Shown here piece by piece: positions 63,275 through 64,000 of a stretch of DNA of 64,000 nucleotides. The stretch comes from Lingula anatina. Taxonomy: Eukaryota; Animalia; Brachiopoda. The notes under the pieces are model-generated. The model had not been told where the DNA came from, did no database searches, and was given only the letters and a program-made list of their open reading frames with translations. The position numbers and the translations under genes are program-made. Position 1 is the stretch's first letter, and every line of letters begins with the position of its first letter. Location of the stretch: positions 31,806,001 through 31,870,000 of the forward strand of contig CM120642.1 of NCBI GenBank assembly GCA_051362555.1, read 5' to 3'.

Positions 63275-63779
63275 TTTTTCAGCCAAAAATATTCTATTTG
63301 GGTGATCTTTTAGATAGTAACAATACAAACTCAATAACTACTAACTATAGTAAATGACGTTGTGAATCCTTCTTCACATTGACACCACCACCAAGGACGT
63401 TGCCAAGTTAATTGCACGATGAGCCAAAAATACGATTTCAAATGAATTCCATTTTGCTCGATGTCATCCACTGTCTCTTTCCGTGATGGGAAAATAAAAT
63501 TTCAGAACTGTTGCTGCATTTCATCAATAAGTAAAACATTAAAAACAAAAAAATAATGTGAAACTCGTCTGCCAGCCAAAAGCACATGGGAAGCCAACAT
63601 ATGATAGATGTCGCTTAACCTCAAGAAAAGCTAAATGTCACCCAAAGCAAGTTTGTGTATTTTATGATTCAAATAATCTTGTTAGACTAATATAAGTCAC
63701 CAATGTAAAATATGTTGCACTCATTCCATTTTGATAAGTGTTTTAGGAGAAATAGTGCATTTTGTAGGAAAATACCCGT

Positions 63780-64000
63780 ATGAGATGATGTCATTGCCAC
63801 AAGTTAGACGACACACAGACAGACATATTTGGAAACAAGGAACAGGTAAGCAGTACTCTGTGTGGCGACCTGTGCTTCTCGTTTTGCTTTGCATGTTAAC
63901 TTCACATTTTCAGAGTGGTGGTGATATCACTTTATCTGCGCTATTGCAGAGGTACAGTGTCAGCGAAAGCTTTCGTCAGTTAAGCCTCAAGATGAAAGCG
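63780..64000 (+). other. Possible 5' end of a gene transcribed divergently from TIMM10B
   Basis: Clean 68-nt intron CAG|GTAAGC (63846) ... TTTTCAG| (63913), and an ATG at 63992 at the window edge. Confidence 0.35.

Overview
AT-rich, intron-containing animal DNA, probably a marine invertebrate (inferred from the gene families, a Meta-type SINE and the retroelement types). Splice models were built by hand from GT-AG sites and exon phases. From left to right: (1) three SLC22 organic ion transporter paralogues (one 5'-partial; two complete and tail-to-tail); (2) two tandem genes for a secreted signal peptide + PAN/Apple + jacalin-like lectin, 243 aa each; (3) a ~21 kb mosaic segmental-duplication array (31-53 kb) carrying three genes for small secreted, cationic, Gly/Tyr/Arg-rich proteins, a fourth unit cut off by nested LTR-retroelement remnants, and an orphan copy of a TNFR terminal exon; (4) a three-exon TNF-receptor-family gene with almost no cytoplasmic tail, with a dead duplicate of its first exon upstream and an in-frame duplicate of its last exon 12 kb downstream; (5) a 3.8 kb inverted-repeat element containing a LINE fragment with its own 3' tail at both ends; (6) TIMM10B. 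The best candidate for an undescribed system is the 23-56 kb block (lectins, GY-rich peptides, tail-less TNFR), which may be a fast-evolving surface-defence or adhesion locus. That functional reading is inference only.
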